A stretch of 64,000 bases of DNA, from the NCBI GenBank assembly GCA_963783385.1, contig CAWANJ010000009.1, positions 384,001 through 448,000 of the forward strand, in the 5' to 3' direction. Below, one piece after another: positions 21,443-32,683 of the stretch. The position numbers and the translations under genes were made by a program. The first letter of the stretch is position 1. Each line of letters opens with the position of its first letter. The notes under the pieces were generated by a model. That model made no database searches and was not told the DNA's origin. It saw only the letters and a program-made list of their open reading frames with translations. This DNA is from an uncultured Gemmatimonadales bacterium (GTDB lineage Bacteria > Gemmatimonadota > Gemmatimonadetes > Palauibacterales > Palauibacteraceae).

Positions 21443-21951
21443 AACCCTCGAATCCGGGCCGGGCCGTCGGAGGGGCGGTTCCCGGCGCGGCGGGACGACG
21501 CTACTGCCTGGTGGTGAGCCGCTACCACGGAGAAGTCACCGAGCGGCTCGAGTCCGGGGCTCGCCAGGAGCTGATCGACCTGGGCGTCGAGGCGCCGGCC
21601 GTGGACGTGGTGAGCGTTCCGGGCGCCTGGGAGCTGCCGTGGGCGGTCCGCCGGGCGGCCGCCACGGAACGCTACGACGGCGTGGTGGCGCTGGGCTGCG
21701 TCATCCGGGGAGACACGCCTCATTTCGACTACGTGTGCCGGGGCGCTACCGACGGCCTGGCCCGACTCGCGGCCGAGGGGAGAGTGCCGGTGGGGTTCGG
21801 ACTGCTGACCTGCGACACGCTCGAGCAGGCCGAGGCCCGGTCCGGCGGTTCGGTGGGCAACAAGGGGGCGGAGGCGGCGCGGGCCGTGGCGGAGCTGTGC
21901 GGGCTGGCTCCCCTCCTGCCCTCCGCCGGCGACCGGGAGCGCGGAACGTGA
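21439..21951 (+). CDS. ribH: 6,7-dimethyl-8-ribityllumazine synthase
   Basis: VPGAWELP, LGCVIRGDTPHFDYV, NKGAEAA. Confidence 0.95.
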   Translation: MKPSNPGRAVGGAVPGAAGRRYCLVVSRYHGEVTERLESGARQELIDLGVEAPAVDVVSVPGAWELPWAVRRAAATERYDGVVALGCVIRGDTPHFDYVCRGATDGLARLAAEGRVPVGFGLLTCDTLEQAEARSGGSVGNKGAEAARAVAELCGLAPLLPSAGDRERGT

Positions 21952-22379
21952 GGCGACCGGCGCACGTGCGCTCCAGGGCACGGAGCTGGGCGCTTCAGGT
22001 CCTGTACGCCTGGGACATGGCTGGCGTCGGACGGGACCTCTCCGGGTACGCGGACGAGGCCCTGGCCCGGCGGCGCGTGTCGCGACGGTACCGACCCTAC
22101 CTCGATCGGCTGCTGGAGCTGGTCGCCTCCCACGCATCGGAGATCGACGCCACCGTGCAGGAGCACATGCCCAACTGGCGACTGGAGAGGCTCTCGGCTA
22201 TCGATCGAGCCATCCTGCGGATCGCGACCGCCGAGCTCCTGTACCAGGAGGACGTGCCGGGCAAGGTGGCCATCCACGAGGCGATCCGACTCGCCGAGCG
22301 ATACGGCGGGAAGGAGAGCCACCGCTTCGTCAACGGCGTCCTCGACGCCGTCTACCAGGATACCCTCGTCGCTCCCTGA
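21948..22379 (+). CDS. nusB: Transcription antitermination factor NusB
   Basis: RSRAR, WRLERLSAIDRAILR, FVNGVLD; follows ribH. Confidence 0.94.
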   Translation: MRRPAHVRSRARSWALQVLYAWDMAGVGRDLSGYADEALARRRVSRRYRPYLDRLLELVASHASEIDATVQEHMPNWRLERLSAIDRAILRIATAELLYQEDVPGKVAIHEAIRLAERYGGKESHRFVNGVLDAVYQDTLVAP

Positions 22380-22413
22380 CGGGCCGGGCGGCCGCGGCCG
22401 TCTCGATCTCCTG

Positions 22414-23553
22414 GTGGTGAACTGGCAGGACCGCCGGAACCCCCAGGCCGGCGGGGCCGAAGTCCACCTCCACGAGACCTTTGGCCGCCTGGCGGCGCGC
22501 GGACACCGTGTCACGCTCCTCGTGTCCGGCTGGCGGGGAGCGGTCCCGCGTGAGAGCCTCGACGGCATGGACGTGTGGCGTGCCGGCGGGCGCCACACCT
22601 TCCCGCTCGCCGTCCGGGGCGCGTATCGCCGGCTGCGAATGGAGCGTAGCTTCGATCTCGTGGTTGAGAACATCAACAAGCTGCCGCTCCTCACGCCGAT
22701 GTGGATGGAGGAGCCGGTGGTCGCGCTCGTGAACCACCTGTTCGGGGCGACGGCCTTCCGAGAGGCGGCCTGGCCGGTGGCGGCGGCGGTGTGGGCGGCC
22801 GAGCGGCTGATTCCCCGGGCGTATCGGGACGTGCCCTTCCACTCGGTCTCGGAGAGCACGGCCGAGGATCTCATCCGCCGCGGGATCGCGCGGGATCACA
22901 TCGAGGTCATCCCGGGCGGCATCGACCACGCGCTGTATCGGCCGGACCCGTCCGTAGAGCGGTTCCCCCGCCCCACGTTCGTCTACGTGGGGCGGCTCAA
23001 GCGCTACAAGGGACTGGAGGTCGTGTTCGAGGCGCTCTCGCGCCTCGAGCGCCGCGGCGTGGAGGCCCACCTGCTGGTGGCTGGCGCGGGAGACGACAGG
23101 TCGAGGCTGGAGTCGGCGGCCAGGGACCTGGCGGTCGAGACCCGCGTGCGGTTCCTGGGGTACGTGTCGGAGGAGGAGAAGGTGGAGCTCCTTCGCCGCG
23201 CGTGGGCGACGGTGTACCCGTCGCCCCGCGAGGGCTGGGGGCTCACCAACATCGAGGCCGCGGCGTGCGGGACGCCCACGGTGGCGAGCGACGCCCCCGG
23301 CCTGCGGGAGTCGGTGCTGGATGGTCGCACCGGCTTCCTGGTCCCGCACGCCGACGTGGAGGCCTGGGCCGAGCGCATGGCCCGGCTGTGCACGGACGCC
23401 GCGTGCCGGACGACGCTGTCCGAAGGCGCCATCCGGCACGCGGCCCGCTTCTCGTGGGAGCGGACGGCCGACCGCACCGAAGCCGCGCTTCGCTCGATCG
23501 TGGAGGCCCGAGCCACGGATCGATCGGAGCACCGAGACGAGCACGAAGGCTAG
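22414..23553 (+). CDS. Glycosyltransferase family 4
   Basis: NWQDRRNPQAGGAE, YVGRLKRYKG, EGWGLTNIEA; true start probably a few codons upstream. Confidence 0.88.
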   Translation: MVNWQDRRNPQAGGAEVHLHETFGRLAARGHRVTLLVSGWRGAVPRESLDGMDVWRAGGRHTFPLAVRGAYRRLRMERSFDLVVENINKLPLLTPMWMEEPVVALVNHLFGATAFREAAWPVAAAVWAAERLIPRAYRDVPFHSVSESTAEDLIRRGIARDHIEVIPGGIDHALYRPDPSVERFPRPTFVYVGRLKRYKGLEVVFEALSRLERRGVEAHLLVAGAGDDRSRLESAARDLAVETRVRFLGYVSEEEKVELLRRAWATVYPSPREGWGLTNIEAAACGTPTVASDAPGLRESVLDGRTGFLVPHADVEAWAERMARLCTDAACRTTLSEGAIRHAARFSWERTADRTEAALRSIVEARATDRSEHRDEHEG

Positions 23554-23565
23554 GAGGAGGACGGC

Positions 23566-23907
23566 ATGGATATCGTCGTCGCGGCCCGCCACGGCACGCT
23601 TCCCGAGCACGTCGCGGAGCTCGCCCGGGGCCAGTTCGAGCGGCTGGGTCGGTTCGAGTCGCGCGTGTCGCGCGTGGAGGTCACGGTCGCGAACGAGAAG
23701 AACCGCTGGGAAGTGGATGCGCACGCCAGCGTGGACCGCGATCCCCCGGTGCACGCCCACGGCGAGGCCCGGGACGCGCGCTCGGCCATCGATCAGGCGG
23801 TGGACCGCATGACACGCCAGGTCAAGCGGCTTCGGGAGCGTCACCGGGACCACCAGGGTCCCGCCAGGGAGGTGGAGCCCCCCACGGAACCGACGGAGGG
23901 GCCTTGA
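23566..23907 (+). CDS. hpf: Ribosome hibernation promoting factor (HPF/RaiA, short form)
   Basis: MDIVVAARH and SAIDQAVDRMTRQVKRLRE; typical position upstream of hprK. Confidence 0.85.
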   Translation: MDIVVAARHGTLPEHVAELARGQFERLGRFESRVSRVEVTVANEKNRWEVDAHASVDRDPPVHAHGEARDARSAIDQAVDRMTRQVKRLRERHRDHQGPAREVEPPTEPTEGP

Positions 23908-24863
23908 GCGGACTCACGGTCGGCGACTTCCTGGATCGAAAGGGGGCCTCCCTATCCCTCGAGGTGCTGACGGGGGAGGAAGGACTGGGACGCCCGATCC
24001 CCGGACCGGACATCTCGAGCCCGGGCCTCGTCCTCAGCGGCTACACGGAGCGCTTCCCGGGCAGCCGGATCCAGGTCCTGGGCGAGACGGAGGTGAGCTA
24101 CCTGCGGTCTCTGGCCCCCGGGGAGCGCCAGCGGGCGGTGGCGACGCTCCTCGGCTTCGACGTTCCCTGCCTGGTCGTCACCAAGGCCATGGACCCGCCC
24201 CGGGAGCTGCTGGAGGCCGCCTCGGCATCGGGGACGCCTCTGCTCCGCTCCGGGCTCAAGACGGGCGAGTTCTACCGGAGGATCAAGCCGTACCTCGAGG
24301 ACGAATTCGCGCCCCGGACCGCCGTGCACGGCTCGGTGGCGGACGTCTACGGGGTGGGGCTCCTGTTCGTGGGGAAGAGCGGCATCGGCAAGAGCGAATG
24401 CGTGCTCGACCTGATCGAGCGCGGCCACCGGCTCGTCGCGGACGACGTGGTCATCATCACCCGCCGGGGCAACGACGTCCTCATCGGCAGGGGACACGAG
24501 CTGGCCAAGCACCACATGGAGATCCGGGGCGTGGGCATCATCGACATTCGCGCCCTGTTCGGCGTGCGCGCGACGCGGCAGCAGAAGCGCGTGGAGGTCG
24601 TCGTGCAGCTCGAGGAGTGGAGCGAGCAGGCATCCTACGACCGTACGGGGCTCGACGCGGACACGACCGAAATCCTGGGGGTGCCGCTCCCCAAGGTCCG
24701 CATTCCGCTCAATCCCGGAAAGAACATCACCGTGATCTCGGAGGTCATCGCCATGAACCACCTCCTCAAATACTCGGGGGTGGACACGGCCAGGTCCTTC
24801 GACCAGAAGCTCCGGCGACGCCTGAGGCCGGTCCGGGAATACCTGGAGGAGGACAACGAGTGA
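23904..24863 (+). CDS. hprK: HPr kinase/phosphorylase
   Basis: GKSGIGKSEC Walker A, GHRLVADD, MEIRGVGIID; TTG start overlapping the hpf stop. Confidence 0.95.
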   Translation: MSGLTVGDFLDRKGASLSLEVLTGEEGLGRPIPGPDISSPGLVLSGYTERFPGSRIQVLGETEVSYLRSLAPGERQRAVATLLGFDVPCLVVTKAMDPPRELLEAASASGTPLLRSGLKTGEFYRRIKPYLEDEFAPRTAVHGSVADVYGVGLLFVGKSGIGKSECVLDLIERGHRLVADDVVIITRRGNDVLIGRGHELAKHHMEIRGVGIIDIRALFGVRATRQQKRVEVVVQLEEWSEQASYDRTGLDADTTEILGVPLPKVRIPLNPGKNITVISEVIAMNHLLKYSGVDTARSFDQKLRRRLRPVREYLEEDNE

Positions 24864-25285
24864 CGGCCGTCGCCCGCGGCGTCGTGGTGGCGCACGATGG
24901 GGTCGCGGCCGCGCTGGTGCGTGCCGTCGAGCACATCTCGGGCGTGCAGGGAGCGCTGTCGGCCGTGAGCAACGAGGCGTGCGCGCCGGAAGAGCTGCGC
25001 GCCCGGGTGGCCCGTGCCGTGTCCGAGAGTGGAGGCCCGGTCGTCATCTTCGTGGACATGTCGAGCGGGAGCTGCGCGTTCGCGGGGCGACGGGTCCTGC
25101 GCGGCCGGCCCGGGGTGGCCGTCGTCACGGGAGTCAATCTCCCGATGCTCCTCGACTTCGTCTTCCATCGCGAGATGGAGCTCGCCACCCTGGCCGAGCG
25201 CGTGGCAGGCAAGGGCCGGACCGCGGCCCAGGTCCACCTCCCCGAGGCACGGGACGACGATGCCGATCGAGCTGTTCCGGATTGA
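24860..25285 (+). CDS. PTS mannose-type EIIA
   Basis: VVVAH phosphorylation site, FVDMSSGSC, GVNLPMLL. Confidence 0.88.
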   Translation: MTAVARGVVVAHDGVAAALVRAVEHISGVQGALSAVSNEACAPEELRARVARAVSESGGPVVIFVDMSSGSCAFAGRRVLRGRPGVAVVTGVNLPMLLDFVFHREMELATLAERVAGKGRTAAQVHLPEARDDDADRAVPD

Positions 25286-25751
25286 CGAGCGCCTTCTCCA
25301 CGGCCAGGTGGTCGTGGGGTGGGGTGAGCGGTTGGGTCTGTCCTACTACGTGGTGGTGGACGACGACCTGGCGGAGTCCGACTGGGAGCAGGAGCTCTAC
25401 GCCGGCGGCCTGCCCGCCGGCGCCGAGGCCTACTTTCTCTCCGAGGTGGAGGTGGCACGCCGCTTCCGCCAGCTCGACGGCCGTTCCGGGGCCGGTGCGC
25501 TGCTGGCGCGAACGACGGCGGCCATGCGTCGGCTGGCGGAGACCGGCGTCCTGTCGGGTCGAACCGTCGACGTGGGGTGCCTGGGAGCGGCCCCCGGCCG
25601 CAGGCGGTCGCTGGACTACGTGTACCTGAGCCCGGACGAGGTCGCCGATCTCCGCGCGCTGGCCGGGCGGGTCGGACGGGTCGAGGCCCGGGACGTACCC
25701 TCCGCGCAGGCGGTCGCCCTCGACCGCCTGCTCGAGGACTTCGATGCCTGA
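25260..25751 (+). CDS. PTS mannose/sorbose-type EIIB
   Basis: RIDERLLHGQVVVGW motif. Confidence 0.9.
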   Translation: MPIELFRIDERLLHGQVVVGWGERLGLSYYVVVDDDLAESDWEQELYAGGLPAGAEAYFLSEVEVARRFRQLDGRSGAGALLARTTAAMRRLAETGVLSGRTVDVGCLGAAPGRRRSLDYVYLSPDEVADLRALAGRVGRVEARDVPSAQAVALDRLLEDFDA

Positions 25752-26427
25752 ACTGGACGCCTGGACGTACGTCGTGGCCGTGGTGTGCGGCGGACTGGTC
25801 GGCGTGGATGCCGTCTCCTGGCCGCAGGTGATGATCTCCCGTCCCCTGGTGGCGGCCACGCTCGGTGGTGCCCTGCTGGGCGACCCGGGCGCCGGACTGA
25901 TGGTCGGGGCCGTGCTCGAGCTCCTCGGCCTCCGCCATCCTCCGTTCGGTGCGGCCCGCTACCCGGACACGGGGCCGGCAGCGCTCGTGGCGGGGGCGGC
26001 GTTCGCGGTCTCGGGCGGTGGGGTAACGTCGCTGGCCGTGGCCGTGTCGGCCGGCTGGCTGCTCGGATGGGTCGGTGCTCACACCGTGCACCTGCTGCGC
26101 GGCCTGAACGGACGCCTGGTCGGCCAACCCGCCTCCCTGTCGGTCGCTCCCGGGCGGCTGGAGCGGCGTCAGCGTTTCGCCGTCGGCCTGGACTTCGCGC
26201 GCGGGGCACTGCTCACGGCGGCGTTCCTGGTGCCGGCCGAGCTCGTGGCCCGCGTGGTGCCGGCGTCGGCGGGCGGACTGGCGCCCCCCGTCGCGGCCGC
26301 CGTGCTCGCGGTCGTGGTGGGCGGTGCGGCCGGCGCGGCGGCCGGCGGACTGTTCGGTGGCCGGAGGAGGTGGCTTCTGCTGGCCGCGGGTGGACTGGCA
26401 TCGGTGGTGGCTCTGGTGCTCGCATGA
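25744..26427 (+). CDS. PTS mannose-type EIIC
   Basis: Hydrophobic; QVMISRPLV, GAVLEL, GAARYPD. Confidence 0.85.
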   Translation: MPELDAWTYVVAVVCGGLVGVDAVSWPQVMISRPLVAATLGGALLGDPGAGLMVGAVLELLGLRHPPFGAARYPDTGPAALVAGAAFAVSGGGVTSLAVAVSAGWLLGWVGAHTVHLLRGLNGRLVGQPASLSVAPGRLERRQRFAVGLDFARGALLTAAFLVPAELVARVVPASAGGLAPPVAAAVLAVVVGGAAGAAAGGLFGGRRRWLLLAAGGLASVVALVLA

Positions 26428-27161
26428 GGCTCGCGCGCAAGGACTTCGCGAGAGCCCTGGCCCGGACGTTCGCGGCGCAGGGTACCTGGAACTACGGGTC
26501 CTACATGGCCGGCGGCCTGGCGTTCTCCCTCCTGCCGTTGCTCGAGCGCATCCACGCCGGCGATCCGGTCGGGCTCAGGCAGGCCATGGACCGTCATCTG
26601 CGTCCGTTCAACGCGCATCCGTACCTGGTGCCCCTCGCCGTGGGGGCCCTGGCTCGCCTGGAGTACGAGGGTGAGGACCCGGAGAGGATCGAGCGCTTCA
26701 GGACGGCGCTGAGCAGCAGCCTCGGCGCCGTGGGCGACCGACTGGTGTGGCAGGCCTGGCGTCCGTTCTGGTTGCTGATCTCGGTGCTGGCGTACAGTTT
26801 GGGATTCGGGCCCTGGGCGGCGGTCCTCCTGTTCCTGTTCCCTTACAACGTGGGTCACGTGGTGCTTCGCGCGTGGGGCCTCCGACGCGGGTGGGAGGAA
26901 GGGCTCGGCGTGGGCCGGACGATCTCGGCGCCGTGGATCCGGCGAACGGCCCGCCTGCTGGCGGGGGTCGATGTCGTGCTCCTCGGGGCCGTCACGGTGG
27001 CCCTGGTCGCCAAGCTGCAGGGCGGCGGCCTGCCGCTCACCGGCCGTGCCGTGGCAGCCGCGGTGATGGCGGCCTCCGGGATCGCCTGGCCGAGCGTCGT
27101 GGGAGCGGTCACGGGCGCTCTGGCCGCGCTGGCGGGCGCCGTGGCCTGGTTGCCGGGTTGA
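26424..27161 (+). CDS. PTS mannose-type EIID
   Basis: QGTWNY, RHLRPFNAHP, LGAVGDRLVW. Confidence 0.87.
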   Translation: MRLARKDFARALARTFAAQGTWNYGSYMAGGLAFSLLPLLERIHAGDPVGLRQAMDRHLRPFNAHPYLVPLAVGALARLEYEGEDPERIERFRTALSSSLGAVGDRLVWQAWRPFWLLISVLAYSLGFGPWAAVLLFLFPYNVGHVVLRAWGLRRGWEEGLGVGRTISAPWIRRTARLLAGVDVVLLGAVTVALVAKLQGGGLPLTGRAVAAAVMAASGIAWPSVVGAVTGALAALAGAVAWLPG

Positions 27162-27171
27162 GGGAGAGGAC

Positions 27172-27522
27172 GTGACGAACACCATGCCGGAGATCGGGGG
27201 GGCGGGGATGCCTCAAGCGAGTCGTGAGGTGGCGATCCGTAACCGCAACGGGCTCCATGCGCGCCCCGCGGCGGCCTTCGTGAAGCTGGCCTCCCGCTTC
27301 CGTTCCGAGATCCTCGTGTCCCGGGACGACCTGGAGGTGAACGGCAAGAGCATCATGGGGGTGCTCATGCTCGCCGCCGAGCCCGGGGCCGTGCTCACCA
27401 TCCGCGCGGTGGGCGAGGACGCCGAGCGGGCCGTGGACGCTCTCGTGCGGCTGGTGGCCGAGGACGAGGGCGAGCCGGATCCGTTCGAGGACCCCGACGA
27501 CCTCGAGGACGCCATCCCATGA
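27172..27522 (+). CDS. ptsH: Phosphocarrier protein HPr
   Basis: GLHARPAA (His15) and KSIMGV (Ser46). Confidence 0.95.
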   Translation: MTNTMPEIGGAGMPQASREVAIRNRNGLHARPAAAFVKLASRFRSEILVSRDDLEVNGKSIMGVLMLAAEPGAVLTIRAVGEDAERAVDALVRLVAEDEGEPDPFEDPDDLEDAIP

Positions 27523-29288
27523 ACCGGCATCTTCAGGGCATCGGTGCTTCGGCGGGCCGCGTCCTGGGTCGGGTGCGCTTCGTGCGCCTCACCGTCCCGC
27601 CCGTGGCCCACAGGACGATCGCCCCGGAGGACGTGCCGTCCGAGCTGGTCCGTTTCGAGGAGGCGAGGCGCTGGGCGGTGGACCGCACCCGGGCCCTGGC
27701 CGAGCGGACCCGGGAACGAATGGGGGAGGTCGAGGCCCAGGTCTTCGACCCGCAGGTCCTCATGCTGGAGGACCCCGACCTGGTGGAGGGGACGCGGGCC
27801 TACATCCGCGAGAACTACCTGTCGGCCGAGCGGGCCTTCGATTGGCGGCTCCTGGAGATCCGCTCTCGCTTCCTCGATTCGGTGCACGCCATGGTGCTGG
27901 ACCGGATAGCGGACCTGCAGGACATCCGCTTCCGCGTCCTGTCCAGGCTCGAGGGCGTCTCCGACACGATGCCGTGGGAGGATGGCGGAGAGCCGGCCGT
28001 TCTCGCGTTCCACGACCTCATGCCCAGCGTCGCGGCGCGACTGGAGCCGGAGGGTGTGTTGGGGCTCCTCACCTCCGCTGGCTCGCGGACGTCGCACAGC
28101 GCTGTTCTCGCACGGTCGATCGGTATTCCCGCCGTGGTCGGCCTCGGCGAACGACTCGACGAGATCGAGGATGGCACGACGATCATCATGGACGGCTCGA
28201 CGGGACGCATCGTGGTCGATCCCGGCCGCGACGCGGTCGAGGGCTACCGTCGTTTGGTAGCCGAAGACAGCACGCGCCGGGCCCGCATCGAGGCGCTGGC
28301 GCAGCGGCCGGCCGTCACCACCGACGGCGTGCGACTCACGCTGCGTGTGAACCTGGACCAGCCCGACGAGGTCCTCGAGGCGACTCGCGTCAACCCGGAG
28401 GGCGTCGGCCTGTTTCGGTCGGAGTTCCTGGTGATCGGGCGTCGGACGATACCGACGGAGGAGGAACAGTACCGAGCCTACCGGAAGGTCGTGGAGGCCT
28501 TCCCGGAGCACCCGGTCACCCTGCGCACCTTCGACATCGGCGGCGACAAGTTCCCGATTTTCCTGGACGCGCCGTCCGAGGCGAACCCGTACCTGGGCTG
28601 GCGGGCGATCCGGGTGTGCCTGGACCGTCCCGATCTGTTCCGGAACCAGCTGCGGGCGGCGGTCCGCGCCGGGGAGCACGGGCGCATGCGACTCCTGCTC
28701 CCGTTCATCGTCTCGGTGGACGAGGTCCGCCGGACGCGCGACCTGCTGCGCGAGGTGTGCGACTCGCTGGACCTGGCCGCGAGCGGCTGGGGCATTCCGC
28801 TCGGGGTCATGATCGAGACGCCGGCCGCGGCGGAGATCGTGGACCTGATCGCTCCCCACGTCGACTTCCTCAGCCTGGGCACCAACGACCTCACCCAGTA
28901 CGTCGTCGCCGTGGACAGGGGCGCTGCGCACCTGGCCGACCGCTACGAACCACTGCATCCGGCGCTCATGCGGATCTATCGGCGGCTGCGGGACAGCGCC
29001 GACGAGCACGGACTCGAGCTCGGCGTGTGCGGGGACCTGGCCACCGACCCGGTCGGGCTGGCGGCTCTCCTCGGGATCGGCTACCGGACGTTCAGCCTGC
29101 CACCGTACGTGTTCCCCGAGGTCAGGGAGTGGATCGCCGCCGTGTCGGTCGCGGAGCTCGAGGCGATCGCGGAGGAGACGGCGGGGGCGGAGACGGCCGG
29201 GGAGGTGCGGGTGCCCTTCCTACGCTACATGGAGGCCGCCGTGCCCTCCGGGGCGGTCCCAACGGGGCTGCTGTCCCGCCCGGAATGA
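27519..29288 (+). CDS. ptsI: PTS enzyme I
   Basis: TSHSAVLARS active His, GVGLFRSEF, RTFDIGGDK, NPYLGWRAIR, GTNDLTQY. Confidence 0.95.
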   Translation: MNRHLQGIGASAGRVLGRVRFVRLTVPPVAHRTIAPEDVPSELVRFEEARRWAVDRTRALAERTRERMGEVEAQVFDPQVLMLEDPDLVEGTRAYIRENYLSAERAFDWRLLEIRSRFLDSVHAMVLDRIADLQDIRFRVLSRLEGVSDTMPWEDGGEPAVLAFHDLMPSVAARLEPEGVLGLLTSAGSRTSHSAVLARSIGIPAVVGLGERLDEIEDGTTIIMDGSTGRIVVDPGRDAVEGYRRLVAEDSTRRARIEALAQRPAVTTDGVRLTLRVNLDQPDEVLEATRVNPEGVGLFRSEFLVIGRRTIPTEEEQYRAYRKVVEAFPEHPVTLRTFDIGGDKFPIFLDAPSEANPYLGWRAIRVCLDRPDLFRNQLRAAVRAGEHGRMRLLLPFIVSVDEVRRTRDLLREVCDSLDLAASGWGIPLGVMIETPAAAEIVDLIAPHVDFLSLGTNDLTQYVVAVDRGAAHLADRYEPLHPALMRIYRRLRDSADEHGLELGVCGDLATDPVGLAALLGIGYRTFSLPPYVFPEVREWIAAVSVAELEAIAEETAGAETAGEVRVPFLRYMEAAVPSGAVPTGLLSRPE

Positions 29289-29302
29289 AGCGCCCGCGCG
29301 CC

Positions 29303-29331
29303 TTGTCCGGTACGGGGTCCCGGGGTAGCTT
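29303..29331 (+). promoter_or_regulatory. Sigma70-type promoter for metK
   Basis: TTGTCC, 17-bp spacer, TAGCTT. Confidence 0.4.
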
Positions 29332-29433
29332 CCCTAGCTTCGCGAGCCTGCCGGATGGCCCGCTCCCGAGCAGCAGCAGGGGCCGGGCGCCGACGAGTCT
29401 CCACACGACATCCAGGAAGCCGACGAGGGCCAT

Positions 29434-30594
29434 GTGAGTTCCTCGAAAAGTCATCATTTCTTCACCTCGGAGTCCGTGACCGCGGGCCATCCGGACAAGG
29501 TCGCCGACCAGATCTCGGACGCGGTCCTCGACGCCATGCTGACGGAGGACCCGGACGCCCGCGTGGCGTGCGAGACCCTGGTGACCACAGGCCTGGCGCT
29601 CCTGGCCGGAGAGGTCACGACCAGCGCCTATGTTCACCTCCCCGACGTCGTTCGCGACACGATCAGGTCGATCGGCTACGACGACCCCAGGATCGGCTTC
29701 GCGGCCGGGACCTGCGCCGTCCTGACGTCCATCGACAAGCAGTCGCCCGACATCGCCATGGGCGTGGACCGCGGAGGCGCCGGGGACCAGGGCATGATGT
29801 TCGGCTACGCCACGGACGAGACGCCCGAACTCATGCCGCTTCCGATCTCCCTGGCTCACCAGCTCACGCGCCGCCTCGCGACCGTTCGGCGTGACGGCAC
29901 CCTCCCGTGGCTCCGGCCGGATGGGAAGGCGCAGGTCACGGTCGAGTACGACGACGGCCAGCCGGTCCGGGTGAGTACGGTGGTCGTGTCCGCGCAGCAC
30001 ACGACGGAGCCGGACGACGCCACCATACGCGAGGGCATTCGTTCGTGCGTCATCGACCCGGTCCTCCCCGGTGGCATGGTCGATCCGGACGCGCTCGTGT
30101 GCCACATCAACCCGACGGGCCGGTTCGTGATCGGCGGGCCGCAGGGCGATGCGGGCGTGACCGGGCGCAAGATCATCGTGGACACCTACGGGGGCGTGGG
30201 CTCGCACGGCGGCGGAGCCTTCAGCGGCAAGGACCCCTCGAAGGTGGACCGCTCGGCGAGCTACGCTGCCCGTTGGGTCGCGAAGAACCTGGTCGCGGCA
30301 GGCCTCGCCCATCGGGCCGAGATCCAGATCGCCTACGCGATCGGCGTGGCGGAACCCGTGTCGGTCATGGTCGACAGCTTCGATACGGGCGAGGTCTCCG
30401 ACGAGGACCTCGTCCGCGTGGTGGAGAGCGTGTTCGACCTCCGGCCGGCGGCGATCATTGCCGAGCTGGACCTCAAGCGTCCCATCTACCGGCGGACGGC
30501 CGCCTACGGACACTTCGGGCGTCAGCCGGAGGCCGACGGCGGCTTCAGTTGGGAGCGCACGGACCGGGTGGACGCGCTGCGCGAGGCCATCTGA
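29434..30594 (+). CDS. metK: S-adenosylmethionine synthetase
   Basis: [34 protein letters not shown]. Confidence 0.97.
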   Translation: MSSSKSHHFFTSESVTAGHPDKVADQISDAVLDAMLTEDPDARVACETLVTTGLALLAGEVTTSAYVHLPDVVRDTIRSIGYDDPRIGFAAGTCAVLTSIDKQSPDIAMGVDRGGAGDQGMMFGYATDETPELMPLPISLAHQLTRRLATVRRDGTLPWLRPDGKAQVTVEYDDGQPVRVSTVVVSAQHTTEPDDATIREGIRSCVIDPVLPGGMVDPDALVCHINPTGRFVIGGPQGDAGVTGRKIIVDTYGGVGSHGGGAFSGKDPSKVDRSASYAARWVAKNLVAAGLAHRAEIQIAYAIGVAEPVSVMVDSFDTGEVSDEDLVRVVESVFDLRPAAIIAELDLKRPIYRRTAAYGHFGRQPEADGGFSWERTDRVDALREAI

Positions 30595-32040
<1,446 letters not shown>

Positions 32041-32090
32041 CGCACGGGTGCTCGTCACTCGGACGGACGGGGCGGACGCGGGGAGGATCC

Positions 32091-32666
32091 ATGGGGGAGC
32101 CAATGCACGAAGTCACGGTCGCGAGCCTCGGGCTGGACAAGGCCTCGAACACACCGGTCGTGATTCTCAAGGAGAAGGAGGGCGACCGCGTCCTCGCCAT
32201 CTGGATCGGTCCAGGCGAGGCGAGCGCCATCGCCATGAAGCTCGCCGGAATCCAGTTCTCCCGGCCCCTGACGCACGATCTCCTGAACACGGTGGTGCGG
32301 GGGCTGGGAAGCGAGCTGGTGCGGGTGCTGATCACCAAGGTCGTCGAGAACACCTACTACGCCAGCCTCATCTTCCGCCGGGACGGCGAGCTCATCTCGA
32401 TCGACTCGAGGCCCAGCGACAGCATCGCGCTGGCCCTGCGAGCCGAGGCGCCCATTTTCGCGGACGAGGATCTGCTCGAGCTCACGGCGCTGGAGATCGA
32501 GGAGGCGGACTTCGAGCCGGGGGAGGCGGAGGCCGAATTCCTGGCCACCGGCGGCCAGACCGCCGAGCCCGAGACGACGGGCGCCGAGGAGGGTCCCCGG
32601 GGGGAGGGTCTCCGGGAGTACCTGAAGGGGCTCAACCCGGAGGATTTCGGACGATTCACGCCTTAG
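32091..32666 (+). CDS. Bifunctional nuclease family protein (DUF151)
   Basis: LAIWIGPGEA, RPLTHDLL, IDSRPSDSIALA. Confidence 0.9.
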   Translation: MGEPMHEVTVASLGLDKASNTPVVILKEKEGDRVLAIWIGPGEASAIAMKLAGIQFSRPLTHDLLNTVVRGLGSELVRVLITKVVENTYYASLIFRRDGELISIDSRPSDSIALALRAEAPIFADEDLLELTALEIEEADFEPGEAEAEFLATGGQTAEPETTGAEEGPRGEGLREYLKGLNPEDFGRFTP

Positions 32667-32683
32667 GGCGCCCGGCCGAAGCG

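Noticed and set aside
23566-29288. hpf-hprK-mannose PTS-ptsH-ptsI cluster as a novel system
   Set aside because: Phosphorylation motifs are canonical and this arrangement is a known conserved cluster type
29332-29433. SAM/SAH riboswitch in the metK leader or before ahcY (30595-30684)
   Set aside because: No recognisable SAM-I, SAM-II or SAH core on the sense strand; an Rfam scan would be needed
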